Below, piece by piece: positions 1 to 11,607 of a stretch of DNA of 64,000 nucleotides; positions within the stretch are counted from its first letter, which is position 1, and every line of letters begins with the position of its first letter. The notes beneath the pieces are model-generated. The model saw only the letters and a list, made by a program, of their open reading frames with translations, was not told the DNA's origin and searched no databases. Where the stretch lies: assembly GCF_039654945.1 (NCBI RefSeq), contig NW_027361687.1, forward strand, positions 49,414,001-49,478,000. Direction: 5' to 3'. The DNA is from Dendrobates tinctorius (lineage: Eukaryota). The translations under genes and the position numbers were made by a program.

Positions 1-3000
1 TGCAGATTTTTGGTGTTGCATAATTTGCATGATACCATTGTTCTGGGGTTTCCCTGGTTGCAAATCCATAATCCAGTTTTGGATTGGAAATCTGTGTCTG
101 TGGTGAGTTGGGGTTGTCAGTGTGCCCTTAGTGATGCTCCTGTTTTCTCCACCTCTCCCCAGTCACATGATGTTCCTGACTATTTTGCTGACTTTTATGA
201 TGTATTTAGTGAGAATGAGTCTGCGTCTTTGCCTCCTCATAGGAGTTATGACTGTGCAATTGAGCTTAGCCCGGGGTTTGCGATCCTATATTAAGGAGTC
301 GTTGGAGAAGGGTCATATTAGACCATCCTCTTCACCCTTAGGTGCTGGGTTTTTTTTTCGTGGCTAAAAAAGATGGTTCATTAAGGCCTTGTATTGACTA
401 TCGTGCCCTCAACAAAATTACTGTTAAATATCAGTATCCGTTACCCCTGATTTCTGATCTATTCTCCAGAGTTAAAGGTGCTTGCTGGTTTACCAAGCTT
501 GACCTCAGGGGGGCGTATATTCTTATTCGCATTAAGCATGGGGATGAAAGGAAGACGGCGTTTAATACTCCGGAGGGACATTTTGAGTACCTGGTGATGC
601 CTTTTGGGCTCACTAATGCCCCTTCTGTCTTCCAGTCCTTCATGAACGATATTTTCCGAGACTTTGTGGATAAATTTTTGATTATCTATCTGGATGATAT
701 TTTGATCTTTTCCAAGGATTGGGACTCTCATGTGGAACATGTTCGGACTGTGTTCCGGATTTTGAGGGAGAATTCCCTGTATGTCAAGGGATCGAAATGC
801 CTTTTTGGGGTACAGAGGATTTCATTTTTGGGATTCATTTTGTCTCCGTCAACTATTGAAATGGACCCGGCCAAGGTACAGGCCATTTATAATTGGGTTC
901 AGCCCACTTCTTTGAAGGCCCTCCAGAAGTTTTTGGGTTTTGCTAATTTTTATCGGAAATTTATAGCTAATTTTTCTAGTATTGCCAAGCCATTGACTGA
1001 TTTGACTAAGAAGGGTGCTGATGTGCTGAATTGGTCTCCGGAGGCTGTTTCTTCCTTTCAGGAGCTGAAGCGAAGATTCACTTCTGCTCCGGTTCTGCGG
1101 CAACCTGATGTCTCACTCCCGTTTCAGGTAGAGGTGGACGCCTCTGAGATTGGTGCAGGAGCTGTTTTGTCCCAAAAAGATCCTGTGACATCTAAAATGA
1201 ATCCCTGTGCTTTCTTTTCCCGAAAGTTCTCCCCATCCGAACGTAACTATGATGTGGGGAATCGGGAACTGTTGGCCATGAAATGGGCATTTGAGGAGTG
1301 GAGACATTGGTTGGAGGGAGCTAAACACCAGGTCATGGTCCTTACTGACCACAAGAATTTGATTTACCTGGAGTCGGCCAAACGCTTGAATCCTAGACAG
1401 GCTAGGTGGGCCTTGTTTTTCACACGTTTTGATTTTGTGGTCTCTTTTCTTCCTGGCACTAAGAATGTCAAGGCAGACGCCCTCTCTAGGAGTTTCTTTG
1501 CTGATTCTCCTGTTGTGACCAAGCCTGCTACCATCTTAGGCGAGGGGGTAGTTCTTTCTGCCATCTCGCCTGATTTGAGACGTGCTCTGGAAGAGTTTCA
1601 GGACAAACCTGAGCGTTGTCCCAGTGGAAAGTTGTATGTTCCTGACCAGTGGAGGAAGAGAGTGATGTCTAAAGTTCATTGCTCTGCAATGGCTGGTCAT
1701 CCAGGTATTTTTGGTACTAGAGATCTGGTGAGTCGGTCTTTTTGGTGGCCCGCCTTGTCTCGTGATGTCAGGAATTTTGTGCAGTCCTGTGGGACTTGCT
1801 CCCGGTCTAAACCTTGTTCTCGCTCTAGTGGGTTGTTGATGCCTTTGCCGGTGCCCAAGAGGCCATGGACCCATATTTCAATGGATGTTATCTCTGATAT
1901 GCCTGTCTCTCAGAGAATGACCGTTATTTGGGTGATTTGTGATAGATTCTCTAAGATGGTCCATCTTGTACCACTCCCTAAGTTGCCATCTTCCTCTGAG
2001 TTGGTGCCCTTGTTTTTGCAACAGGTAGTTCGCTTGCACGGGATTCCTGAGAACATTGTGTCTGATAGAGGAGTTCAGTTTGTGTCTAGATTTTGGAGGA
2101 CTTTCTGTTCCAAGCTGGGAATTCAGTTGTCCTTCTCCTCTGCGTTTCAACCTCAGACCAACGGGCAGACGGAGAGAACAAACCAGACTTTGGAGTCCTA
2201 TTTGAGATGTTTTATTTCGGCTGATCAGGATGATTGGGTTTCATTTTTGCCCTTGGCCGAATTTGCTTTAAATAATAGAGCTAGTTCTGCCACTTTGATG
2301 TCACCTTTTTTTTGTAACTTTGGGTTTCATCCTCGATTTTCTTCAGGGCAGGTGAAGCCTTCTGCCTGCCCAGGTGTTGACACTGTGGTGGAGAGAATGC
2401 ACCAGATCTGGGATCAAGTGGTGGATAAGTTGTCTCTCTCCCAGGAAAAGGCCCAGTGGTTTTCCAACCGGCATAGGACCATTGGTCCCCAGTTTAAGGT
2501 GGGTGATATGGTTTGGTTGTCATCAAAAAATATCGCTATGAAGGTGGCTTCTCCTAAGTTTAAGCCTAGATTTATTGGACCTTACAAGATTTTGGAGATT
2601 ATTAATCCGGTCTCTTTTCGGTTGGCTCTTCCTGTCACGTTTAAGATTCATAATGTGTTCCATAAGTCCTTGTTGAAGAGGTTTGTTGAACCAGTAGTTC
2701 CTGGGGTGATACCTCCTGACCCTGTATTGGTTGAAGGTAACATGGAGTATGAGGTAGAGAAGATACTGGATTCCCGTCTGGCTAGACGGAGACTCCAGTA
2801 TTTGGTTAAGTGGAAGGGTTATGGTCAGGAGGATTCCTGGGTCTCTGCCTCTGATATTCATGCCGAAAGATTGGTGCGTGCCTTTCATCGGGCTCACCCT
2901 GATCTCCCTGGTGGCATGGATGAGGGTTCGGTGACCCCTCCTCAAGGGGGAGGTACTGCTGTGAGTTCATTTTTCCCTTCACCAGTGAGGTCTGATGAAC

Positions 3001-3779
3001 TCCCTCTCTTCTGGCGAAGGAAGGTAGTGAGGCTGATTACCAAACAGTTGAGCAGGTAGATGATGACTGGGTCACAGGAACTGATGACTGGATATAAGGC
3101 AGCCGACGCCCTGCTGCCTTGCTGGTGATCTTCCTGCTGGATTCTTGGAGACCAGTCTGATTTCTGCTTCTCAAAGCTAAGTTTTGTTCTGCCTTTTGTA
3201 CACTTTAGTTCTGGTTTTGTTTGCCTTGTTTTTTGGAGTTCAGCCATCCCCGGCCAAGGGTGAGCTGAATTCCATTTTTGTCTCTAATCTGTTGATCTCT
3301 GGCTCTGTCTTCAGAATATACCTGAGTGCTGATATAGTTTTTTGAAGCCTAGCGACTTCAGGGCCTGTTTTTCCTATCAGTCTGTTGTTTCATTTTTGGA
3401 TAGGGTTTTTGCGGATTGCAGACAGCAGCTTTTCTATCCTGTCCTATTTAGTTAGCTTGGGCCCCATCATTTGCTCAACCTATCTTTCTATCTGTGTTAG
3501 TGTTTTTCATCTTGCTTCACAGTCATTATATGTTGGGGGCTGCCTATTGCTTTGGGGTCTGCTCTGGGGCAGTTTAGATTTCCCCTTTCTGTCTTTAGGC
3601 TAATTTAGTTTTCCGGCTGTGATCGAGGGGTCTAGGGCACCGTAGAAACCCCCCACGGCTACTGCTAGTTGTTGTGGATAGGTTCAGGGGTCTGCAATCC
3701 GATAGCTTCCAACTTCTCTGGTTTTCTGGACTTAGCTATTATTTTTGTTTTTTCCTCCTTCAGTGACTCCTCCATAACA
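1..3779 (+). mobile_element. Ty3/Gypsy chromovirus-type LTR retrotransposon A (5' part outside window; 3' LTR 2957-3779)
   Basis: Protease remnant (IVLGFPWLQIHNPVLDW), pol ORF, polypurine tract AAGGGGGAGGTAC at ~2944-2956, then an LTR starting TGCTGTGA (2957) and ending CATAACA (3779) with TATAA at ~3093. Confidence 0.92.
342..3059 (+). CDS. Gypsy pol: RT-RNaseH-integrase-chromodomain (open ~900 aa; deletion and frameshift upstream between protease and RT)
   Basis: LRPCIDYRALN, YLDD, VDAS/ELLA/TDHKNL RNase H, H-x6-H...CxxC zinc motif, SMD/SDRG/GQTE DDE triad, YEVEKILDSR..YLVKWKGY chromodomain. Confidence 0.93.
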   Translation: MLGFFFVAKKDGSLRPCIDYRALNKITVKYQYPLPLISDLFSRVKGACWFTKLDLRGAYILIRIKHGDERKTAFNTPEGHFEYLVMPFGLTNAPSVFQSFMNDIFRDFVDKFLIIYLDDILIFSKDWDSHVEHVRTVFRILRENSLYVKGSKCLFGVQRISFLGFILSPSTIEMDPAKVQAIYNWVQPTSLKALQKFLGFANFYRKFIANFSSIAKPLTDLTKKGADVLNWSPEAVSSFQELKRRFTSAPVLRQPDVSLPFQVEVDASEIGAGAVLSQKDPVTSKMNPCAFFSRKFSPSERNYDVGNRELLAMKWAFEEWRHWLEGAKHQVMVLTDHKNLIYLESAKRLNPRQARWALFFTRFDFVVSFLPGTKNVKADALSRSFFADSPVVTKPATILGEGVVLSAISPDLRRALEEFQDKPERCPSGKLYVPDQWRKRVMSKVHCSAMAGHPGIFGTRDLVSRSFWWPALSRDVRNFVQSCGTCSRSKPCSRSSGLLMPLPVPKRPWTHISMDVISDMPVSQRMTVIWVICDRFSKMVHLVPLPKLPSSSELVPLFLQQVVRLHGIPENIVSDRGVQFVSRFWRTFCSKLGIQLSFSSAFQPQTNGQTERTNQTLESYLRCFISADQDDWVSFLPLAEFALNNRASSATLMSPFFCNFGFHPRFSSGQVKPSACPGVDTVVERMHQIWDQVVDKLSLSQEKAQWFSNRHRTIGPQFKVGDMVWLSSKNIAMKVASPKFKPRFIGPYKILEIINPVSFRLALPVTFKIHNVFHKSLLKRFVEPVVPGVIPPDPVLVEGNMEYEVEKILDSRLARRRLQYLVKWKGYGQEDSWVSASDIHAERLVRAFHRAHPDLPGGMDEGSVTPPQGGGTAVSSFFPSPVRSDELPLFWRRKVVRLITKQLSR

Positions 3780-5809
3780 AAAAGCTCCCATAGCCGGCCG
3801 GCGGGGGAGCTGATGCCCTTGGAAGTTCCCGAAAGACCGTGGACCCATCTGTCCATGGATTTTATTACCAATCTTCTCTCTTCCAGGGGTAATACGGTGG
3901 TATGGGTAGTGGTGGACAGATTTTCAAAGCCGGCTCATTTTGTACCCGTCCGCATTACCTTCTGCTGAGACCTTATCCAGATTGTTTGTGCAGCATGTGG
4001 TCCGCTTGCATGGGGTACCCCTGAATGTGGTGTCTGATCGTGGTGTGCAGTTTGTGGCTAAGTTTTGGCAAGCTTTCTGCAAAAAATTAGGGATATCTCT
4101 GTCCTTTTCGTCTGCATACCATCCTGAGAGTAATGGTCAGACGGAACGCACTAATCAGTCTCTGGAACAGATCCTCAGATGTCTGACTTCTGCTAGACAG
4201 AATGACTGGTGTGATATACTGCCATTGGCTGAATTTGCTTTCAATAGTCGGGTGAGTCAATCCACAGGTCTGTCCCCTTTCTTGATCAACTATGGGTTCA
4301 GTCCTCATTTTGGTGAGTTTTCTCGTCTGGATTCGGGGTGCCCCGGGGCTGAGGACTCTGTTCAGCGGTTAAAAAATACATGGGCAGAAGTCCAGCGGCG
4401 TATATCTAGGTCTCAAGGCAGGTATAAGTTTTTCATGGACAGGAAACGAACACCTGGTCCCATGTTTCAGGTGGGAGAGAAAGTTTGGCTCTCCACGCGA
4501 AACATTAAGTTAAAGATTCCGTCAGCCAAGTTGGGCCCCAAATTCATTAGCCCGTACAAGATTGTGGAAAAAAATCAACCCAGTAGCGTAAAGGCTATGC
4601 CTTCCACCCTCTTTCAAGATCCCTAACGTCTTCCATAGATCTCTACTGAAACCGTTTGGGAGAATCCGAGACCGCTGCTTCTCCGGTTTCGGTTGAGGGA
4701 CATGTGGAATATGAGATTGGTCACATCGTAGATTCTAGGTTGGTACTGCGGGCAGTACAGTACCTAGTTCATTGGAAGGGGTATGGGCCAGAGGACAGGT
4801 CCTGGGTGCCGGCCCGGTTGATGCATGCGGAACGCCTGGTTCGGGCTTTCCATGCTAGGTACCCGGGCAAGCCTGGGGGTCCAGAGGCCCCTGTTGAGAG
4901 GGGGGTACTGTCATGATACCAGTGCTGGGTGACTGGCACTGCTGGGGTTAATTTTCTGACCTCAGTGCAGACTCTCACCTGCACACCTGGGACCTATTAT
5001 GTTGGCCTCTCATTGGTTCTGGGGAGGCTTCTTATAGCCTCAGGAAGCTCCCATCCCCCGTCAGTTATACTTTCACCCTTGGCATTGTGTGGTGACCCCT
5101 GAGTGTGTTAGTGCTCTGTTCTGGTTGCATGATTCTCTGTGTATGACTCGGTCTGTTCTCTGGATTCTGCTTTGGATTGTGCCTGGTACCTTCTACGTCT
5201 GTTTGGTTTTGATCTCTGCTTGGCTCTGACTATCCATTCTGTCTCATCCCTGGTACTTTACTGAGATCTTGTGTATGACCTTTGGCTTTGTCTGACCTCC
5301 CGTCTTTTTATCCCTCCTGTACCTCGCATGCCTGTATTGTGCATGACCCCCGCTTTGCCCGACTTTGAGTTTTCTACCTTCTTTGAAAGCAGGATGCTAA
5401 GCCCCGCCCCCTTGCAGTCACATGACCGTTCACATGACCATAGGTCCTGTGCCTACTTTCTAAACTTCTACATTCAGGTCCCGTGCATCTTTATTGTCCG
5501 GCTGTTCTTGTCCCCAGGGGTCCCTACGGTGCAGGTGAGTCCCTGCCTAGCAGAGGCTGTACGCCGGCGCTGTCAGGACCCTGCCATTATAACTGACCAT
5601 TAAGTTTTTTGGGGTTTTTTTGTGCAGAGAGTTATGGATCCCATACAGTCTCTGGCAGATGAAAAGTCTGAGTCAGATGTTTCAGGGTCTATCTCTGGAG
5701 CAAGCTCTGGCTCGTTCTCAGCAGCTGTTCTTGTCCCCAGGAGTCCCTACGGTGCGGGTGAGTCCCTGCCTAGCGGAGGCTGTACGCCGGCGCTGTCAGG
5801 ACACTGACA
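3780..5809 (+). mobile_element. Gypsy element B: frameshifted integrase and chromodomain (3780-4908), LTR 4909-5586, PBS, gag start, and a second LTR end 5723-5809
   Basis: ELMPLEVPERPWTHLSMDFIT, VSDRGVQF, GQTERTNQ, YEIGHIVDSR..YLVHWKGY; PPT GAGAGGGGGGTAC then TGTCA (4909); terminal TGACA at 5809; ~80-bp LTR end duplicated (5501-5580 and 5723-5802). Confidence 0.88.
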
Positions 5810-6883
5810 CCGGGTCTGTAGTGGATAGTGAAGTCTAGAGGTTGTAGGGCTAAACTCCACCGCAGTAATCTGGCGAGGTCTCGAGAGACCCGTTTACGCC
5901 ACACTAGGGGATTATGGTCTGTTAGGAGAGAAAACTGTCATCCATACAAAAATGGTTGTAACTTCTTGAGTGCCCATACTACTGCCAGGCACTCCTGGCC
6001 GCATAGCTTACTTTGCGGGGCAATAGTTTCCGACTCAGGTAAGCTACGGGGTGGTCTTGACCGTCTGGCCCGACTTGGCTCAGCACTGCCCCCAATCCAA
6101 ACATAGAAGCGTCTGTGTAAACAAGGAAACATTTAGTTGGATCGGGTGCGCCAATACCGGGGTATTTGTGAGGGCGTCCTTTAGCTAGCGGAAGGCTTCC
6201 TCACACTCGGGGGTCCAGGTTACCTGGCGGGGGGAGGTTCTTACAGGTCAGATCAGTGAGGGGCTTGGCTACGCTGCTGTAATTGGGGACAAATTTCCTA
6301 TAATACCCTGCTGTCCCTAGAAACGCCATGACCTGGTTTTAGTGCGTGGGGTGGGCCATTTGGCTATGGCCTCAATCTTGGCTAGTTCTGGTCGCTGTTT
6401 CCCACCCAATGTCCTAAATACTGATCCTCTGCTTTGCCCACGTGACACTTGTTGGGGTTCAAGGTGATTCCGGCCTTGTGGATCCTGTCCAATACTGTCT
6501 CTAGGTGATTTAGATGCTCATCCCATGTCGCACTGTAGATGGCGATGTCATCCAGGTAGGCACAAGAATAGTCCTGGAGACCATCCAGAAGCCGGTCAGC
6601 TAGCCTCTGGAAAGTCGCAGGGGCATTCTTCATCCCGAATGGCATAACTCGAAACTGGAATAAGAACTGGGTGACAAATGCAGACTTGGAAATAGCGTCA
6701 GGACTTAGGGAGATCTGCCAATAGCCTTTGCATAGATCGCTGGTGGTCAAATACTTTGCCACCGCCAGCCGGTCTAACAACTCATCCACACGCGGCATGG
6801 GATACGCATCCGTCACCGTTTTCTCATTTAGCTTGCGATAGTCTACACAAAACCGGGTAGTCCCATCCTTCTGGGGCACTAAC
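5810..6883 (-). mobile_element. Gypsy element C, RT-RNaseH fragment (pseudogenised)
   Basis: Minus-strand LVPQKDGTTRFCVDYRKLN, AYLDD, ECLAVVWALKKLQPFLYG, RLLRWSLALQPLDFTIHYRPG, with stops and frameshifts. Confidence 0.88.
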
Positions 6884-8438
6884 TGAATATTACAGACTTT
6901 ATGAAAAAAAGCATAGTTCACATATTTCGGCCTAAAACTTGGAGATCAAGATAAAATGTGCAAACGGTGTGTTGAGGACCTCTGACACTGGTTCAATGAT
7001 AAGAAAACTTTCCGTTATGGGATTCCTATCATATGGTGAGAGCAAAAGAACCATAGTGACGACTGTTACTTTTGTTCATACAATGTGAAAGTGTTTAATT
7101 TCAAATGGAAGTATTGCATTTCATACCCCAATCTTCACTCAGCAATTCGTCCTATCCCCCAAGGCACAGTTATACTAATACCCAAGGCCACTGCTACCTT
7201 GGAAGAGATACCTAGCTCCGACGTAGGTGGAATCATACCTGAAACAGATGATTAAGTTTTGACTTTGATGAGGATACAAGACCAACATTTTTTCCCAGGA
7301 CTAGATGAAGAATTTATTAAGAGACTTGACTCTTCCCAAAGGTTCCACTGAGTTACTCAAGTCAAGGCTCAAAAGTAGGAATTTCATGTTATCAGGAGTG
7401 TCTTTTTCATGGTTCAGACATTGTGAAAAGCAGTTTGTTCCTTACCTTGCCCTGGAAGACAAGTTGGTTTATTGCATCAATGTTGAAGGTTTAATAGGTC
7501 AATTCAAAATCCAATAGCATTCATCGCTATGGCGTCTTTTTATAGATTCTTTAAAAAGAAGTCTCAAAGCAGTTTTACTCCACAACAGCAGTTTTTACAC
7601 TTCCATCCCTGTAGGGCATTCCATACACTTGAAGGAAAACTACGGGAACTTGAAATTGGTTCTTCGTAAACTTAAATATGACCACGGTTGAAAAGTGTGC
7701 GGCGATTTGATGGTCTTGTGCATGCTGCTCGGGCAACAAGCTGGGTATACCAAATATCCTTGTTTTCCGTGTCTCTGGGACAGTCAAGACTGACAAAATC
7801 ACTGGACCAAGAAGAGTTGGCAGCCGAGGGTGCTCACTGTCAAGTGAAAAAAAATGTCCTCCAAGAAACTTTTCGTACCTGCTTATAAAGTTCTTCTATC
7901 ACCTCTCCATATAAAATTGGGCTTGATGAAGCAATTCGTAAAATCACTTCCAAGAGCTTGGGAATTCTTCAAATACTTGGTCACCAAGTCTCTCAGAGGC
8001 AAAATTGAAGGAAGGTATGTTTGTCGGACCAGACATTAGAAGACTTACAACTGATTAAGAGTTTGCCAGTACCATGACGGATCCTTAAAAAGAAGGGTGG
8101 ATTGCATTTAAAGATGTTGTAGAGAAATTTTGAAACAATGAAAAAAAAAAAAAGATCCCAAATACAAAAAGATCGTCGGATGAATGCTGAAAGTATTTCA
8201 AGCTTTAGGTTGCCTGATGAGTTGCCCAAATTTGGGAGCTGTGAGTGAAGGGCAAGGTGAATGATTCCACCAGGACATTAAAGAGATGGAAAGAAGATAC
8301 CAGGGAAGATGGAGCATTGCAATGATGGCAGACTACTGTTGGATGCTTCAGAGACATTCCAGATGCTACTCACGTGCATAAATGTACCAAGAGGAGCCTC
8401 ACAGGGAGAAAAAAAATAATTAAGTTTAGTGAGTATTA

Positions 8439-8641
8439 GGCAGAGACAGACTGCCGTATTTCTCGTGCAAGAATCCCATCATAAACCTTGTACTGGCTGT
8501 CGACTCTCCTGACCTGAGCTTGACAGCTGCATAATAATCCATCATGATTTCTTGCTCAGGTCAGGAATGGTGCCGGCCAGTCCATGCGGGACACTCCGTG
8601 CAATGCGATGCTCCGAGTTATACAGCCGTCTGACTCAGCCC
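8439..8641. mobile_element. PIF/Harbinger-type MITE
   Basis: Imperfect TIRs GGCAGAGACAGACTGCCGTAT / ATACAGCCGTCTGACTCAGCC, flanked by TTA and TAA. Confidence 0.65.
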
Positions 8642-8644
8642 TAA

Positions 8645-9499
8645 GGCCTGTTTCACACTTGCTTTTTTTTGCAGCGCGTTTTTCCCGCAAAAAAACGCAT
8701 TGAAAAACGCATACAAAAGCATACAACTGCTGCGTTTTTTTCAAGCATTTTTATGAGCATGCATGAAAAAAACGCAGCGTTTTTATGCGTTTGTATGCGT
8801 TTTTAGTGCGTTTTTACCGCGTTTGCGTTTTTTTCCAACATTAGGTGGCCCCTCACACTAACCCAAACCATGACTTTACTAACCCTAACCCTGACCCTTA
8901 ACCAAACCATACTTAACCCTAACCCTGACCCTAACCCTTAACCAAACCATACTTAACCCTAACCCAAACCCTAACTAACCTTAACCCTAACCCTTAACCA
9001 AACCATACTTAACCCTAACCCTGACCCTTAACCAAACCATACTTAACCCTAACCCTGACCCTAACCCTTAACCAAACCATACTTAACCCTAACCCTGACC
9101 CTAACCCTAAACCCCCTTAACTAACCCTAACTTTACCCAAACCCCTAAATTCCATTGTCTAAACTAATGGTAAAAAAAAAAACGCATGTGCAAAAAAACG
9201 CATACGTAGGCATGCCAATGCGCACATATGCTCACCATAGACTTATAATGGGTGTCTTGCTGTAAAAAAAACGCATTGCGCGCGCATGCGTTTTTTTGAG
9301 GCAAATCGGACGCACAAAAAATGCAACAAGTTGCATTTTGTGCGCCCGAGCGCATACCGCAAACGCATGAGCGGTAAAACGCGTACAAACGCATGTGTAT
9401 GCGCACATAAGCGCATCCCATGCAAAGTATAGGGAAAAAAACGCATGCGCTATTTAGCGCTAAATTACCGCGAAAAAAAACGCAAATGTGAAACCAGCC
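8645..9499. mobile_element. PIF/Harbinger-type MITE with an internal telomere-like tract
   Basis: TIRs GGCCTGTTTCACACTTGC / GCAAATGTGAAACCAGCC, TAA and TTA flanks, many AAAAACGCA sub-repeats. Confidence 0.8.
8857..9150 (+). repeat. Degenerate interstitial telomere-like (CCCTAA)n tract
   Basis: CCCTAA/CCCTGA/CCTTAA hexamers interleaved with the recurring unit CCTTAACCAAACCATACTTAA. Confidence 0.85.
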
Positions 9500-11607
9500 T
9501 TAGTGAGCTCATTTGAGTTCAAAAATGATTTTCATGAAACGTAATAAAAAATTCATTTTATAAGTCTGTTTTCATTTGTTTCACATTATTGCCTTATTTA
9601 AGTTACCTAAATTATCAGGAAACGTGATGTCCTATGACAAAATGGAGGTCATTTTCGGATTCAGCTCACCAAAAAAATAAAAAAAAAAACAATGATTATG
9701 TGGAATAACCAAAACAGCTCTTGAAATTTTATTTTTTTGCAGAACTGTGTTATCTGATTTGTTGGAATTCCACAAGATAGTACTGAATCTGTACAGTTAG
9801 CATCATAGTAAACACTTAGGACTGGCAAAAAAATACAGGAGGACGTGCAGGGATATAAAGAGTTTATTGTATAGTTCTCCTATGGGTTCATCGATTCTAC
9901 ACAGTGCAAAAGCTGCTCACAGTGTCGGCCCTCAGGACAGCCGGGAGGGGGATGGGTAAAAAGTACGAGGAGGAGAATGTTCTGGTCATGCAGTTCTTGG
10001 ATTGAAAGTGTAAAGTTGAGATGAGATCAGAAAGTTTCTGAAAATTGAAGGTGGTAGAGACAGCCCCTTAAAATAATTTCTAAACTAGTGAAATGGGGGC
10101 AGGTTCCCTAGTCTGCACACCTAGTGCAGTCATAATTAAAACCGCATTACTTTTTTTTCCAAAAAAACCTGGCATTTAGTTTTCATCCTGGACCGGGACC
10201 AAGTGCAGCGCCAGCATGAAATATCACCACAAGAGTTAAATGTACACTGAGTAAAATTACAAACTCCTTGCCTCTCTTGTCTAGCACTGCTATTCAGTTA
10301 CATTATGTTTTTACCTCAAGAGCTGCATTCAATAATTAAGCTGTCCTAATGGGAACAATAACCACACTCTGAGCAGTTTATTGACAATGCTATGATGAAC
10401 GAACTACAAGAGCTGGCCTGGTATAACCATGATGAACTAATACCATTTTCTTCAGACTGTAATGCAGCAGGGAATGTTGGTGGCTGTGACCTTAAAATAC
10501 GGTTCTGGCAGGACAGCAACAGTAGCATCCTATAAGTAAATGTAGTTCATCAGCAATCTCAGTGCATGGCCTGTCTTATCCAGACACTAAACAAGCAGGG
10601 GGTGCTGGTAGATGAAAGCTGGGTGCCATGAAGAGACCAATAGCATTCTACTAAAAAGGCAGGTTGCTACAGTGTATTTCTTCTTTTATCCAGACTGAAC
10701 CAGTAGGTGTTGTGTATACATAAAAAGTCAGCTCCAAGGAGAGGCCAAGAATTATGAATGCAGTTTCAGGAACTAAATCAAGAACAACACAAAAAAAAAA
10801 AAAAAGAAGTAAAGCAAGTTAGCTGCAATTTTACTATGCAGACACTAAATCAGCAGTGGGTACTCTATTATGTAAGCTCAGAAGAAACCTGCAGTTATAA
10901 ATGCAGCTTTGGGAGGTAACCTGAGAGCAGCACCAGATAAGGAAGGCAGAACATCTGCAATCTCACTATGCCGACACTGAACAAGCAGGAGTGGTGCCAT
11001 GAATAAATATTTGATTGTGGAGCTGCACTTTCGGTTTGTGACCTTTTCTACAGCATTACAGTCTGTTCACAAGGACACTTGGGGTAAGAGGTTTATATAG
11101 CAAATTGAGAGTACAAAACATTGGTCCATAGTAGCAGCAGCAGGATAAGGATGGACAGAAAGAGTCAAAAACTGGTGACAACGATGAACAGCAAAAGATG
11201 AATTCCTTAATATTTACACGAGTGTTAAAATACAGACTGGAGGAGTAATGATCGTACATGATAAGCAAGGCATGGGGGGAGTCCGATAGCAAGAGTAGAT
11301 GCAGCCATCTTGTCAGGGCTTAGTGCTCCCCTTTAAGACAAGCTGTCTGATACTCCTTTGTAACATACGGTACTTATACAGTTCCCACATCTCTTCCGTG
11401 ACTATACTTATGGATCTAATGAAGATAAAGGGAGAAGAAAGCTACGGACCATAACAGGGATCACCAAAGATACAAAAATAGTTTATTAGACACAAAAGAA
11501 CACCTCCATATAAAAACATTTAAAAAGTCATGCCATGACATAGAAGCTACATATGGTTGCCCATAATAGAGCTACAGTCCCCCAAGGTGTAAACGTAGAA
11601 CAATTTA

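Larger units (their letters stand above)
6884..9749 (+). mobile_element. Decayed Chapaev3-like (CMC) DNA transposon, 5'-truncated; transposase pseudogene ~6884-8424
   Basis: Broken frames give YFGLKLGDQDK, KNHSDDCYFC, YPNLHSAIRP, WRLFIDS.KRSLKA, PLHIKLGLMKQFVK, FHQDIKEMERRYQGRW..MMADYCW; 3' end TTTTCGGATTCAGC...GAACTGTG followed by TTA. Family name is from recall of these motifs and termini. Confidence 0.65.

Noticed and set aside
342-3059. Domesticated RTL1/PEG10-like host gene
   Set aside because: Has PPT and LTR, is nested in another element and has an upstream deletion and frameshift: an ordinary retrotransposon copy.
8857-9150. Chromosome-fusion telomere relic
   Set aside because: Single orientation, degenerate, and enclosed by MITE TIRs.
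9760-11400. Exons of ANXA9 (neighbour of MINDY1 in human) or another gene
   Set aside because: No recognisable annexin peptide or convincing exon; only a faint old repeat (GACACTAAACAAGCAG-like) at ~10560-11000.
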